From NCBI GenBank assembly GCA_041228285.1, contig CP166133.1, forward strand, positions 1,853,380 to 1,893,379: a DNA stretch of 40,000 bases, given 5' to 3'. The position numbers were made by a program, and so were the translations under genes. Below, one piece after another: positions 1 to 11,554 of this stretch (position 1 is its first letter; the number at the start of each line of letters is the position of its first letter). Below the pieces are notes generated by a model. The model made no database searches, was not told where the DNA came from, and saw only the letters and a list, made by a program, of their open reading frames with translations. Source of the DNA: Neisseriaceae bacterium CLB_ANTARCTIC_008 (GTDB lineage: Bacteria > Pseudomonadota > Gammaproteobacteria > Burkholderiales > Neisseriaceae).

Positions 1-80
1 TCAAGAAACAGCGCAGTATTGATTCAGCCATGGGCATGGCTGAGTCGTTTATGGGGTTCTTTAAGACCATTTGAATAGGT

Positions 81-113
81 ATGATATTTTGATATCATAT
101 CAGACATTATAAT
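81..113 (+). promoter_or_regulatory. candidate operator/promoter upstream of 134..886
   Basis: Perfect 7-bp inverted repeat ATGATAT-tttg-ATATCAT (81-98) followed by TATAAT (108-113), about 20 nt before the ATG at 134. Confidence 0.3.
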
Positions 114-133
114 CAACCAGGCTGCTATCAAAA

Positions 134-886
134 ATGAGCGAGTTCAGCGCAGAAGAGCAAGGCATCATTGATTTTTTTTTGGACCAATATCAAGAAAACA
201 GAGAATCAAACGAAACAACACAATGGCTCAGTAAAGATCTCAGTAAAATATGTGCCATCATTGTTGCTCCATCAGTTATTAATAAAGACACTTATGACCT
301 TACATTCATCGATCCAGAAAACAAATTTAAACAAAAAATTATTCATCAAATCAAAATTCGTATTGTCACTATTTACTCCACGTTAAAACGATTAGAGCAA
401 AAAGGATTAATTTTTACCAAACCAAGCATCACCTTTACTCGACTACAGAAAGAAAAGAAACAAGACCAAATAATTGACGGCATGTTTGATGAGATGTTTG
501 GGGTTTTTACAGAAATGAATCATGAGTTAGATTATATTTGCTCTATAATTATCCCCTCTGGCGCGCTTTTAGAACTAAAAAGAAATAAATATGTTTCCGC
601 AGATAAAATCGCGCATGAGAAACAAATTAAATATTTAAGACTTCAAGCAATTTTTGCATATTTCGCTTTAGGAATATCAATTATAGGACCAGCTTTCTAT
701 TCATTAAAGCCAACTGCCATCACAATCCATGACAAAACACCACCGTTACCCATGGCCATAAATTCAGAAAAAATTGATGCCTTAAACCAAGAGGTCATCC
801 GTCTTGAAGCTAAGGTCGAATCCCTTAAATCTGAGGCCGTCAAGATTCAGGCCAAGCTTTCCAAACCAGACCCAGAAACGAAATAA
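134..886 (+). CDS. hypothetical protein with hydrophobic segment and coiled-coil-like C-terminus
   Basis: 250-aa ORF in AT-rich DNA; hydrophobic stretch AIFAYFALGISIIGPAFY; heptad-like tail EKIDALNQEVIRLEAKVESLKSEAVKIQAKL; hairpin terminator immediately downstream. Confidence 0.55.
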   Translation: MSEFSAEEQGIIDFFLDQYQENRESNETTQWLSKDLSKICAIIVAPSVINKDTYDLTFIDPENKFKQKIIHQIKIRIVTIYSTLKRLEQKGLIFTKPSITFTRLQKEKKQDQIIDGMFDEMFGVFTEMNHELDYICSIIIPSGALLELKRNKYVSADKIAHEKQIKYLRLQAIFAYFALGISIIGPAFYSLKPTAITIHDKTPPLPMAINSEKIDALNQEVIRLEAKVESLKSEAVKIQAKLSKPDPETK

Positions 887-893
887 CAAAAAA

Positions 894-915
894 CCGCGGA
901 TCAGCGCGGCTTTTT
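894..915. terminator. bidirectional intrinsic terminator
   Basis: CCGCG-gatcag-CGCGG hairpin flanked by an A-run upstream and T5 downstream, between convergent ORFs. Confidence 0.6.
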
Positions 916-958
916 AAACTTTGCAACAAAAGAATAATCCAGATAACTACATTATCAA

Positions 959-2377
959 TCATGTGAACTTTATCAATGATAATGGGTAATGAAGTATTGA
1001 CTTACTATCATGACAATAATATGCCTGGTAAAACTCAAATTCTTTCCTTGAGTGCTCTATACATTTTTTTTCTATACACTTCACAACCTTGATCTTATCT
1101 TCTGTTGAAGTATTAATGCCAAATATTAGCCCATGAAGATCTTGAAACTCATAGGTCAAAGTTCTGTCCTCAGGACTAGATAAGTCACGAAACATGCTTG
1201 TCAGTATTAACCGATGCTCATTCTCATAGGCCCAATCTTTCGTTTTTTTAACTATATCTCTATAAAAGCTAGCCCAATATGTATCGCGCCAAGCATCTTC
1301 ATCATTCAATATTGCATTAGCACATATACTTTCTTCATCATTAGAAAAATACCATGTGGAAAGTAGGCCAGGATATGGCAATCTACCTAATGATCTGAAA
1401 AAATCAATCTCACCTGCACCATCAACATAATCAATAGGTCTAAACTGAAAGCTACTTCTCTCTGCATAGTTTACTCTTTGATCTGGGTTTTCTTTCCATC
1501 TCAGACTTAATAGACTAGAACCATCTTGGCCATCTTGCGCTTCATAAACCAAACAAACACCAGTATGATTTTTAGCATAATGCGCCCAAATCGATGAATT
1601 TGCACACTCTGTCATAAAGCAAGCCGTGTACCAGTCTGGATACATTAATTTTTGAATTTGCTCTACGTATAATTTCGGAAAATCCAAAAGCATATAACTT
1701 CTAATGCTTAAGTTATTCTTTAGCAAATTATATTTATGCATTAAAGCCTGCTGTTCTGACAAAAACATATAACCTTGAAGCATTTTAGGGCTAGATAATT
1801 TAAAGCTTTCCTCCGAATCAATCATTGCTTCGAAATTTTCAAAAAACTTACCATCCAAGATATGTTGAATACCCTTTAAGCTGGCTTCTATCTTACTACT
1901 GTCACCACCATTAAAATGACTCTCTAACACCCCTACAGCATAAGAATTAATTGTATTAATATATAAGAGTAGCTCGGATTTCCGTATCACCGTTGATCTG
2001 CTTGCTATTTTCTGAATCAAGGTATCAATATATTCATTATTTAAGAAAGTTTCCGATATTTTCTTAAAAGATTCAGCATGCTTAGTAGTTTGAAAATCAT
2101 CATCTTGCATTCCTAAAAAAACATTAATATCATTTCCAGTTAAAATAGTCTCGCTATATAAAACAACTTTTATGAAGTAATCCTCTAGACAACGAAAATA
2201 GTGCCGAAATAAATTTCGCCAAATGATATAGTCACCTTTCCAATAGATGTCTCGAAAACCTTCCATTGGATCATTCAAAGAGTCCGGAGCAGCAAAAAAA
2301 ATACTTTGCCTCTCTAATTCTTTATACTCTCCAAATAAATTATCAATACTTCGAAATCGATAGAATTTCTTACTCAT
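959..2377 (-). CDS. DUF2971-family protein (long form)
   Basis: N-terminus KFYRFRSIDNLFGEYKELERQSIFFAAPDSLNDPMEG matches the DUF2971 signature as I remember it (Y-[KR]-[YF]-R..., then F..p..fNDP.E). Visibly AT-rich. First ATG at 2377; the track's TTG start at 2389 is possible. Confidence 0.6.
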   Translation of the reverse strand: MSKKFYRFRSIDNLFGEYKELERQSIFFAAPDSLNDPMEGFRDIYWKGDYIIWRNLFRHYFRCLEDYFIKVVLYSETILTGNDINVFLGMQDDDFQTTKHAESFKKISETFLNNEYIDTLIQKIASRSTVIRKSELLLYINTINSYAVGVLESHFNGGDSSKIEASLKGIQHILDGKFFENFEAMIDSEESFKLSSPKMLQGYMFLSEQQALMHKYNLLKNNLSIRSYMLLDFPKLYVEQIQKLMYPDWYTACFMTECANSSIWAHYAKNHTGVCLVYEAQDGQDGSSLLSLRWKENPDQRVNYAERSSFQFRPIDYVDGAGEIDFFRSLGRLPYPGLLSTWYFSNDEESICANAILNDEDAWRDTYWASFYRDIVKKTKDWAYENEHRLILTSMFRDLSSPEDRTLTYEFQDLHGLIFGINTSTEDKIKVVKCIEKKCIEHSRKEFEFYQAYYCHDSKSILHYPLSLIKFT

Positions 2378-2481
2378 GTTGTGATCCAATAAAACACTTA
2401 TAACTTAATAATAAATTAACACTTTTTAGAATCACACAATATACCCGAATCATCATATAATTAATACAACATATACATAAC

Positions 2482-2504
2482 AAAAAAACCACCCGAAGGT
2501 GGCC
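2482..2504 (-). terminator. intrinsic terminator after antirepressor gene
   Basis: Minus strand reads GGCCACC-TTCG-GGTGG followed by T7. Confidence 0.7.
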
Positions 2505-2510
2505 TTTCAA

Positions 2511-3404
2511 TTAATTAGAAGCTAACTTTGCACTTACCGGCATATATAGAAAATCCTGTACCCTCTCCAGGCGCTGATGCGTACTCCGTAATAAGTGTCT
2601 CAAACCTGAATATTCCATCCAGCAACCGCTAGTATCATAGCCATGGCTTTCCAGCTGGCGCAGTAAGCTAGCTATTGGCACCTGCCCTCTATAACGCTCA
2701 CCGTAAAGATCAACTAAGCCTTTATACGTCAACGCCCTCTCCCCGAAGTCATCCTCTAAGATGCTTGCTGGGAATGGTCTCATATCTAACTCTAAGGGCT
2801 TTGTATTTGGCTCATTAAATAATGGGTGTTGGAAGTCGTCATCCATAACCTCTCCATCCAATGCTAAATCATAGGCATACTTAACAGCACTAGCCAATTG
2901 ATCGATAGTCAGCTCTTTTGATGACTCAACTCCAAAGTGGCTATTAACCATTCCATAAGCTGTTGGGTAGTTTATCTTGCGGCGGGCTACTAAAACATTC
3001 ACAGCGTCTTTTAAAGGTACTCGGTCAGTTGGTGTACTAAGCCGGCTTTCGATATTACTTTGCTCGCCACTCTTCTCAATGATGTCTAATACCCACCGCC
3101 GGAACTCTTTTGCTACTGATGTCTTTGCAAACATGGCCACTAAATGGCACCCTCTCAGTGAGAAAACTTTTGTAGTTTGATGACGTAACCCGTTGATTTC
3201 CCCGCTGAACGTCAATTTGACGTTCTGTGACATCGATCCTATGAACTCATCCTTGTTACGTTCATAAATCTTGTTCACAGAGTCCTGTCGAGCATAACCG
3301 AGTGCCTTGGCCAAGTCAGCAGATGTAATCCAAATTTGAGTTGTATCGCTAGGGTTATTTACAGCATTGAATGACACTTTGTTGAATGTTAATTTTGCGT
3401 TCAT
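2511..3404 (-). CDS. phage antirepressor (BRO-N / KilA-N-like N-terminal domain, Ant-type)
   Basis: N-terminal IWITSADLAKALGYARQDSVNKIYERNKDEF...VFSLRGCHLVAMFAKTSVAKEFRRWVLDIIE is the pattern of BRO-N/P22 Ant-type antirepressors; AAGGAG RBS before the ATG. Confidence 0.7.
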   Translation of the reverse strand: MNAKLTFNKVSFNAVNNPSDTTQIWITSADLAKALGYARQDSVNKIYERNKDEFIGSMSQNVKLTFSGEINGLRHQTTKVFSLRGCHLVAMFAKTSVAKEFRRWVLDIIEKSGEQSNIESRLSTPTDRVPLKDAVNVLVARRKINYPTAYGMVNSHFGVESSKELTIDQLASAVKYAYDLALDGEVMDDDFQHPLFNEPNTKPLELDMRPFPASILEDDFGERALTYKGLVDLYGERYRGQVPIASLLRQLESHGYDTSGCWMEYSGLRHLLRSTHQRLERVQDFLYMPVSAKLASN

Positions 3405-3445
3405 GATGACTCCTTACTTTATCTACGAGATAAGCCCAAATGGGC

Positions 3446-3544
3446 GGCCAAGAGGTTCGTAGTCCCAGTAAGTAGGATGGGCGTATTCCCTGACAAGTCA
3501 GGTCTTGTATTAGCCACCCTCTCGGCCATAAGAAATCTTTTTTT
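3446..3544. other. structured region upstream of the antirepressor gene (leader or antisense RNA candidate)
   Basis: Long-range pairing GGCC-a-AGAGG (3446-3455) with CCTCT-c-GGCC (3518-3527) encloses CCTGA-caag-TCAGG (3489-3502); T7 run at 3538-3544 on the plus strand. Confidence 0.25.
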
Positions 3545-3673
3545 CAACGAAAGGAATCTATGGACGCAAAAAAATCACACTATCGTGGTGAATAAACGCT
3601 ACTGGAGGCTACGACACCTCGTGCAGCAATAGTACTAATTTAACTGATGATAGTCAAGGGACGAATATCCCAT

Positions 3674-6313
3674 CTATGTACCCAATATAATTTTCTGAAT
3701 AATAGGTGAAAATAAATGTTTCTTTAACTCAAAACACTTCAACGAAAATGGATCTATGTCACACATTTTTCTATATATGGTTGCAATAGATTGTTGATTT
3801 TGAAAACTTTTAGTTTTATCTAGTAATATATTAATCATTACATTATTCAAAATAACTCTATTTTCTTTTTCTAATCTTTTAAATAAATAGAATAAAGATA
3901 CTGCTAAGTTTCTATACTCTTCAACTGTTTCGAGTTGAAACAGTAATTGATAGAGTTCTTCATTATTAATTTTTTTATTATTAACCACAGAGCCAATTAA
4001 TAAGCTATAAAAATAATAAATATTACCTTCCCCATTTTTCCCATTACCCGTGGGGTTTTCATCACAAGCGGATAGTATCTCCTGCACTTTTTCATAAAAA
4101 ATAATGCATAAGTCTACTGGTAACTCCGAGCATAGCAAGCCATATAATGGACCATACAAAACATCAACATCCTTATCTGACTTAATAGGCTGACTTTGAA
4201 ATATTTTATCTAATAAGCTGGACATAATTTGGCCAACCAGTTTAAAGTCATTATAATCTTGTTGAATCAAATGCTTAATGACCCTTGAAAAAACTCTATG
4301 ATATGAATCTATTATCCACTCTCTAGTCTCTTTAGAGGTCCCCATTAAATCAATAGTTTTTTCTAGCTGAGTAACTAACTCAATACTTGTCAGTCCATCA
4401 ACCTTATCTGTAGCTGCATAATATTGATACCATTTTTGCAAAGATAGTGACTCACAAAAAGTCAAATCGTTATATTCGCCTTGTAACCTATAAAAATAGA
4501 ATGCATTAAATAATTTATCCCCGCGCTCTTTCTGAATAAAATCGATTAATAGCTCCCGTAGATTAAAATAAAATTCAATTCTTTTTAAATCAGTTAACGT
4601 TATAACCATTTCCTCAATTATAGAACCAATAATTCTTTGTGATGGTAGTAAATCTAATCTATCAATTTCTATGATAATAAAATCAATATCGTTTTTTAAT
4701 ATAGACTTTTGAGTTAAAGTCAAAACTGTAAATAATTTAAGAAATTGAGGCTCAGAGGACCATCTAGCGTGTCGAAGTGGAAATTTTTTATTTAAATAAA
4801 CTTGTTTAACTTTATCTTTGAGGGTAGATATATGATCAATCTCTAACTTATGGCTATTATCTATTAAAAATTCTATTAACTCGATACTACAACGATCCCC
4901 GACTAGATTAATAAATTTAACAGGAAGTGAGTCATCAATGTTGTAATTGTTATAAATAGAAACTATCATTTTATAAGTTTCTAGTTTCATATAAGGCTGA
5001 AACAAAAAATAAGTATAAAGCATATTTAAAACAAAAGTGTCAAGATCCTTATAATTACTCCACTCTTGTACTTCTAATTCAAGAATAGTACTTTGAATCA
5101 TACTTTCAATATATTTCGGGATATTATCTAGTAAGCCATATGAGCATGTATCTATTATTGACTTACAAAATATTTGAATTGCAGGCCCTAAAATTCTATT
5201 GCCATACCGACCATAAGTTATAATATTATTTTTTTTATGATGTATGTCTTTCCATACTTCATCAAAAATATACTTATAATCAGGTTCAATATCATCTGGT
5301 AGTTGCCAAGGGCCTAAACAAGATTTATATTTTTCGGCCCAATCCTCTACTTGTTTCTCACCCACATTATTATTCACAGAATATAGCCACATTTTATTTG
5401 ATATTAACTTCACATAAGTAGGATACTTATCATAAAATTGACTAAACATCTCTTGAGCAAGCTTATCTGCACTCTTGAACTGTCTTTTAAACAAATAAAC
5501 ATTTAGCAAACACGTTTTTAACTGTACTAATCGATTTAAATCTTTATCTTTTTTATTTTTATTATCCTTTAAATACTGATCTATAGCTTTATTTATATAC
5601 CTTTGGGCTTCATCATAGGCTCCTCTACATATATGTAAGGCAATTGTCACAGATTCTGTTTTTCCTAAAATACCTTTTAATTTGGCTATGGACTTATTCT
5701 CAAAAGCTACATTATAAAAATGAAAATAATAATCAATTTTTTCATCAGTTGTTTTAAACGTTTCGAAGGATAGACCTTTAGTAAACTTCTCGTAATGAAT
5801 ATTTTTGCTCTCTATGCTTTTAGAGCGATGTATCATTGATGTTAAACACACTGAAATTAATAAATGTACCTGTTGTTTAGATGGAAGAGTATTTTCATCT
5901 AAACTAATCTTATGCATACCGGCTAATTTATGTAGATTATTATTAGCAAACACTCGAGTTTGATAAACTTCATTTAAGTCATTAGCAATAAAGTCCTCTT
6001 TACCTTCCCACAAAAAAGAAGTTTTATTTAATTTATTATTTATATTACCTAATATTTCTTGATAGATAGCTAAATCTTTATGCAGTTCACCCTTCCAATA
6101 TTTACTATCTCCAAGCTTATGAAACTTATCAATCCCAAGCCTTTCTAAAGTAAAGTCCACTAGTAGCCTTATAGAACCATGACAAGCCCCAAAATGTTGA
6201 TTTTTATATAAGTCATTTACTTCAATGCAAATCTCAAGCAATCGCTCTGCCCCAAAAAGATTACTTTCTATAGAGCACTTAATTTCATTTATCAACGATG
6301 TAGAAATAAACAC
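3674..6313 (-). CDS. large hypothetical alpha-helical-repeat protein (879 aa)
   Basis: Uninterrupted 879-aa ORF in very AT-rich DNA; GTG start with AAGGGA RBS. No P-loop, nuclease or other catalytic motif recognised by eye. N-terminal ~150 aa faintly DUF4145-like (…VFANNNLHKLAGMH). Only 49 nt and no hairpin separate it from the upstream gene. Confidence 0.6.
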   Translation of the reverse strand: MFISTSLINEIKCSIESNLFGAERLLEICIEVNDLYKNQHFGACHGSIRLLVDFTLERLGIDKFHKLGDSKYWKGELHKDLAIYQEILGNINNKLNKTSFLWEGKEDFIANDLNEVYQTRVFANNNLHKLAGMHKISLDENTLPSKQQVHLLISVCLTSMIHRSKSIESKNIHYEKFTKGLSFETFKTTDEKIDYYFHFYNVAFENKSIAKLKGILGKTESVTIALHICRGAYDEAQRYINKAIDQYLKDNKNKKDKDLNRLVQLKTCLLNVYLFKRQFKSADKLAQEMFSQFYDKYPTYVKLISNKMWLYSVNNNVGEKQVEDWAEKYKSCLGPWQLPDDIEPDYKYIFDEVWKDIHHKKNNIITYGRYGNRILGPAIQIFCKSIIDTCSYGLLDNIPKYIESMIQSTILELEVQEWSNYKDLDTFVLNMLYTYFLFQPYMKLETYKMIVSIYNNYNIDDSLPVKFINLVGDRCSIELIEFLIDNSHKLEIDHISTLKDKVKQVYLNKKFPLRHARWSSEPQFLKLFTVLTLTQKSILKNDIDFIIIEIDRLDLLPSQRIIGSIIEEMVITLTDLKRIEFYFNLRELLIDFIQKERGDKLFNAFYFYRLQGEYNDLTFCESLSLQKWYQYYAATDKVDGLTSIELVTQLEKTIDLMGTSKETREWIIDSYHRVFSRVIKHLIQQDYNDFKLVGQIMSSLLDKIFQSQPIKSDKDVDVLYGPLYGLLCSELPVDLCIIFYEKVQEILSACDENPTGNGKNGEGNIYYFYSLLIGSVVNNKKINNEELYQLLFQLETVEEYRNLAVSLFYLFKRLEKENRVILNNVMINILLDKTKSFQNQQSIATIYRKMCDIDPFSLKCFELKKHLFSPIIQKIILGT

Positions 6314-6362
6314 ATGATCCCTTACTATATAAAAATTAAAAAAAGCTTCACTTAGACACTAC

Positions 6363-7034
6363 TTAAAACAAATTATCAATCTCAGCCCCATCTCTACCGG
6401 GGTCTTTATTCTCATACTTAGGATGTGGTTTTTCATCTAGCACATTAGCCTTATTCTTGCCTGACTCACGACTTTTCACTGCATTTCTATCAACGGTATT
6501 ACTAGCTGAGCCCACATTAGATGAACGAGTACGATTACTTTCAGTCGCTGCCTCAGAAGTACTCTTAGGGCTGCTAGCTGTTGATGCTTCATCCTTATTG
6601 CTCTTCGAGCATTGAGAAATAATAGCGAAAAAGAGGAATACCCAGAAAATAGTTTTAATCAGCTTCCAGAACGTACTTTTCTTTTTAACCGGTTCTTCCT
6701 GGTAATATCCAAGTACCCTGTCTTTTTCCAGTTCAAACTCTGATTCAGACAGAACACCTTTATCATACAACTTAGATAATCGTGTTAACTCATTACTAAC
6801 TGAGGCCCTAGTAGCTCTTGGTCCTGATGGAGTAGCCCTACTTTTATTGCCACTTAACTTGGTTCTATATGATAAGCCTGTGCCAGGTATACCTGCATTA
6901 AGATGAGTCCCTCTCTTCCCAATATTAACGCTAGCGCCTCGCCCACCGATCGTTACACTAGTGAAGCCTTTCTTACCTAGATTCAACTTCAGCCCTTTTC
7001 CTAGCTTAATTGATTTTCTAAACCTGAATCCCAT
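6363..7034 (-). CDS. DUF4236 + SHOCT domain membrane protein
   Basis: MGFRFRKSIKLGKGLKLNLGKKGFTSVTIGGRGASVNIGKRG is the DUF4236 N-terminal signature. LSKLYDKGVLSESEFELEKDRVLG is SHOCT-like. One TM segment (IFWVFLFFAIISQC), then a Ser/Thr-rich tail. Confidence 0.7.
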   Translation of the reverse strand: MGFRFRKSIKLGKGLKLNLGKKGFTSVTIGGRGASVNIGKRGTHLNAGIPGTGLSYRTKLSGNKSRATPSGPRATRASVSNELTRLSKLYDKGVLSESEFELEKDRVLGYYQEEPVKKKSTFWKLIKTIFWVFLFFAIISQCSKSNKDEASTASSPKSTSEAATESNRTRSSNVGSASNTVDRNAVKSRESGKNKANVLDEKPHPKYENKDPGRDGAEIDNLF

Positions 7035-7164
7035 TACCTATCTCCCACGCAATGAATTTTTAATCACAATAATTTTTATTATATGATTATAACGTATTTA
7101 TATTGGGTACAGTGCTAGACACTACATGAAATAGTTAAGTATTCTATGAATAATCAGAGCAAAT

Positions 7165-7187
7165 AAAAAAGCCCAGCAATACTGGGC
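7165..7187 (-). terminator. intrinsic terminator after 7240..7695
   Basis: GCCCAG-caata-CTGGGC hairpin; a T-run follows on the minus strand. Confidence 0.65.
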
Positions 7188-7239
7188 TTTGTTTGAGATA
7201 TTACTCGGTAGCAGACATATTCCCCATACAATTTGGGGA

Positions 7240-7695
7240 TTAAGCATCCATCACGGTAACCTGCCCATCCCAAACCGTTTCCCAACTGTTATCCTCACCT
7301 TTATGGTGCTGCACATATGGAGCTAAATAAATTAAGTCGTGCGCAAAAATCTTTTTCTCTAACTCTAATAATTTAACCAGTGGGCAATATATTAAAATTA
7401 CAACATCCTTATCATGAATTAAATGGCTAGAAAGGTCTTTTGCCACTACGTAAGCAATTTCAACGCCAGCTAAAACATTTGAACCTTTAAGTAGCCTTTT
7501 AAAAAAACCATCATCTAAACCGGCTATACTTTCTGCTTTAAGCAATTCATTATTCGGAAAGTTATCTTTTAAAGTTGTTGAAAAAACAACTCTACCACCA
7601 GCATTTTGAGCTAAAAATAGAGCATGATTGATGATTCCAATCATTTCGTGATCATCAATGCTTTTACAGTAGTCCTTATACAAATATCGGTTCAT
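7240..7695 (-). CDS. hypothetical protein (151 aa)
   Basis: ORF with GGGGA RBS, AT-rich, bracketed by terminators on both sides (single-gene unit). Confidence 0.5.
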   Translation of the reverse strand: MNRYLYKDYCKSIDDHEMIGIINHALFLAQNAGGRVVFSTTLKDNFPNNELLKAESIAGLDDGFFKRLLKGSNVLAGVEIAYVVAKDLSSHLIHDKDVVILIYCPLVKLLELEKKIFAHDLIYLAPYVQHHKGEDNSWETVWDGQVTVMDA

Positions 7696-7794
7696 ATATA
7701 CATCCCCATAGAGCCTTATAGTGCCGCCCGTTGATAGTAATTTATAGCTTATCTTGGCTTATTACGCAAACATAACTATCGCAACAATTAGACG

Positions 7795-7825
7795 TAAAAA
7801 AACCACCTGGGCGGTGGCTTTTTTT
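7795..7825. terminator. bidirectional intrinsic terminator
   Basis: A8-CCACC-tgggc-GGTGG-C-T7. Confidence 0.7.
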
Positions 7826-7834
7826 AGCGCTAGG

Positions 7835-8485
7835 CTAACGTAAATCTTCTTCTTTTAACGGGTTGGCTTCCCATTTGTTCGCCAACATTTCCAAATCCAG
7901 AAATAAGGTTTTCTTTCCGGTTTTTACCCTCAACCGGTCCACAGGACCTGACATGACAGACCACAGCCTAAGAATATTTGAACAATGTACACGCTTATAA
8001 AGCGCCTCATCAATTACTTTGGCGTTTATAGCACTAGCAAAAAACTCACTTCTATTCAGCACTAACATAGAGCTTGTCTTTACTTCTTTCATTAAATCTG
8101 ATTCTAAATCTTCTAAATTCTGCTCAAACAAACTAGTTAATGACTGATGAGTGTTTTTATGTTTCTTATTATAATCATACACCTGCATCTTTGCCTCATA
8201 AAAAACGGTATCTTGATAATCATTCAAAATAGCACTTAATGTCGCAACTTCACAAGATGTACGTCTATTCGACCTCATCGTGATAATAGCTATCACTGCA
8301 GTTATAAAAATAATAACTAGTTGAGCCAGACTAAGCCACTCCCCTCTCTCCCAAGAGGCTAGGTGTAACTTAGCTAAGTAAGACTGAAGAAAAGTTAAAC
8401 TTGATAAAAAGAAGGCGGCTAGTGCCAAAACTGACACCCATCCGCCTACTTTAACCTGTTTAACAAAACTTTTCTTAGTCATCAT
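7835..8485 (-). CDS. two-TM membrane protein, DUF4760-like
   Basis: Two N-terminal hydrophobic helices (WVSVLALAAFFLSSLTF; LAQLVIIFITAVIAIITM), then NRR and a helical domain with LNRSEFFASAINAKVIDEALY. The architecture resembles DUF4760 as I recall it. GAGGGA RBS. Confidence 0.5.
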   Translation of the reverse strand: MMTKKSFVKQVKVGGWVSVLALAAFFLSSLTFLQSYLAKLHLASWERGEWLSLAQLVIIFITAVIAIITMRSNRRTSCEVATLSAILNDYQDTVFYEAKMQVYDYNKKHKNTHQSLTSLFEQNLEDLESDLMKEVKTSSMLVLNRSEFFASAINAKVIDEALYKRVHCSNILRLWSVMSGPVDRLRVKTGKKTLFLDLEMLANKWEANPLKEEDLR

Positions 8486-8591
8486 ATCCCTCAGAAACTA
8501 ATTGAATGTTTAATTTTCTCGTCATGAATTTCATATTAATACTCCCTTACTCTATTATTGCAAAACTACCTTAAGTAGAATGTATAGACAC

Positions 8592-8619
8592 AAAAAAACT
8601 TAACAAGTTGCTTGTTAAG
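8592..8619 (-). terminator. intrinsic terminator in the 8486-9073 gap
   Basis: Minus strand reads CTTAACAAG-caa-CTTGTTAAG followed by T7. Confidence 0.65.
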
Positions 8620-9073
8620 CTGAGTGCATATACATGCTATAAAAAGAACGACGTAAGCTACGACGCTTCGAAATCACTTATGTAATTACCTTTTAGCATT
8701 GCTACTTACTATGCAGTAATAGTAAGACAAATTCGCCAATATTACCAGCCGAAATATACACGAGAACCCAGAGTTTACTGGCTTTTTGCCCTGTTTTATG
8801 AAGAAAGCCAACTGTAAGCATTACGGGGTCTGCCCTGTAGCCAATGGCTAATTTTGACACTTGTCACCAAATTTGTATCAAAAAAACTACTGAACTATGG
8901 TCAGACTACCCATAAACATTGAGTTCTCGCTAAAACTGACCTAGAAATTAGAGCATTTTTAGCCCCGCTGGCCCAATAACACACGATGAACATTTCTCTT
9001 TAAGTCATACTCGACCCAGCAGCTCAAGCCACTGGATCGAGCCAATATCCTCACACAGCAACAAACTACCTAC

Positions 9074-11553
<2,480 letters not shown>

Positions 11554-11554
<1 letters not shown>

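Noticed and set aside
1-74. Possible 3' end of a plus-strand gene (…FMGFFKTI*) at the window edge
   Set aside because: Only 24 codons are visible, which is too little to support a call.
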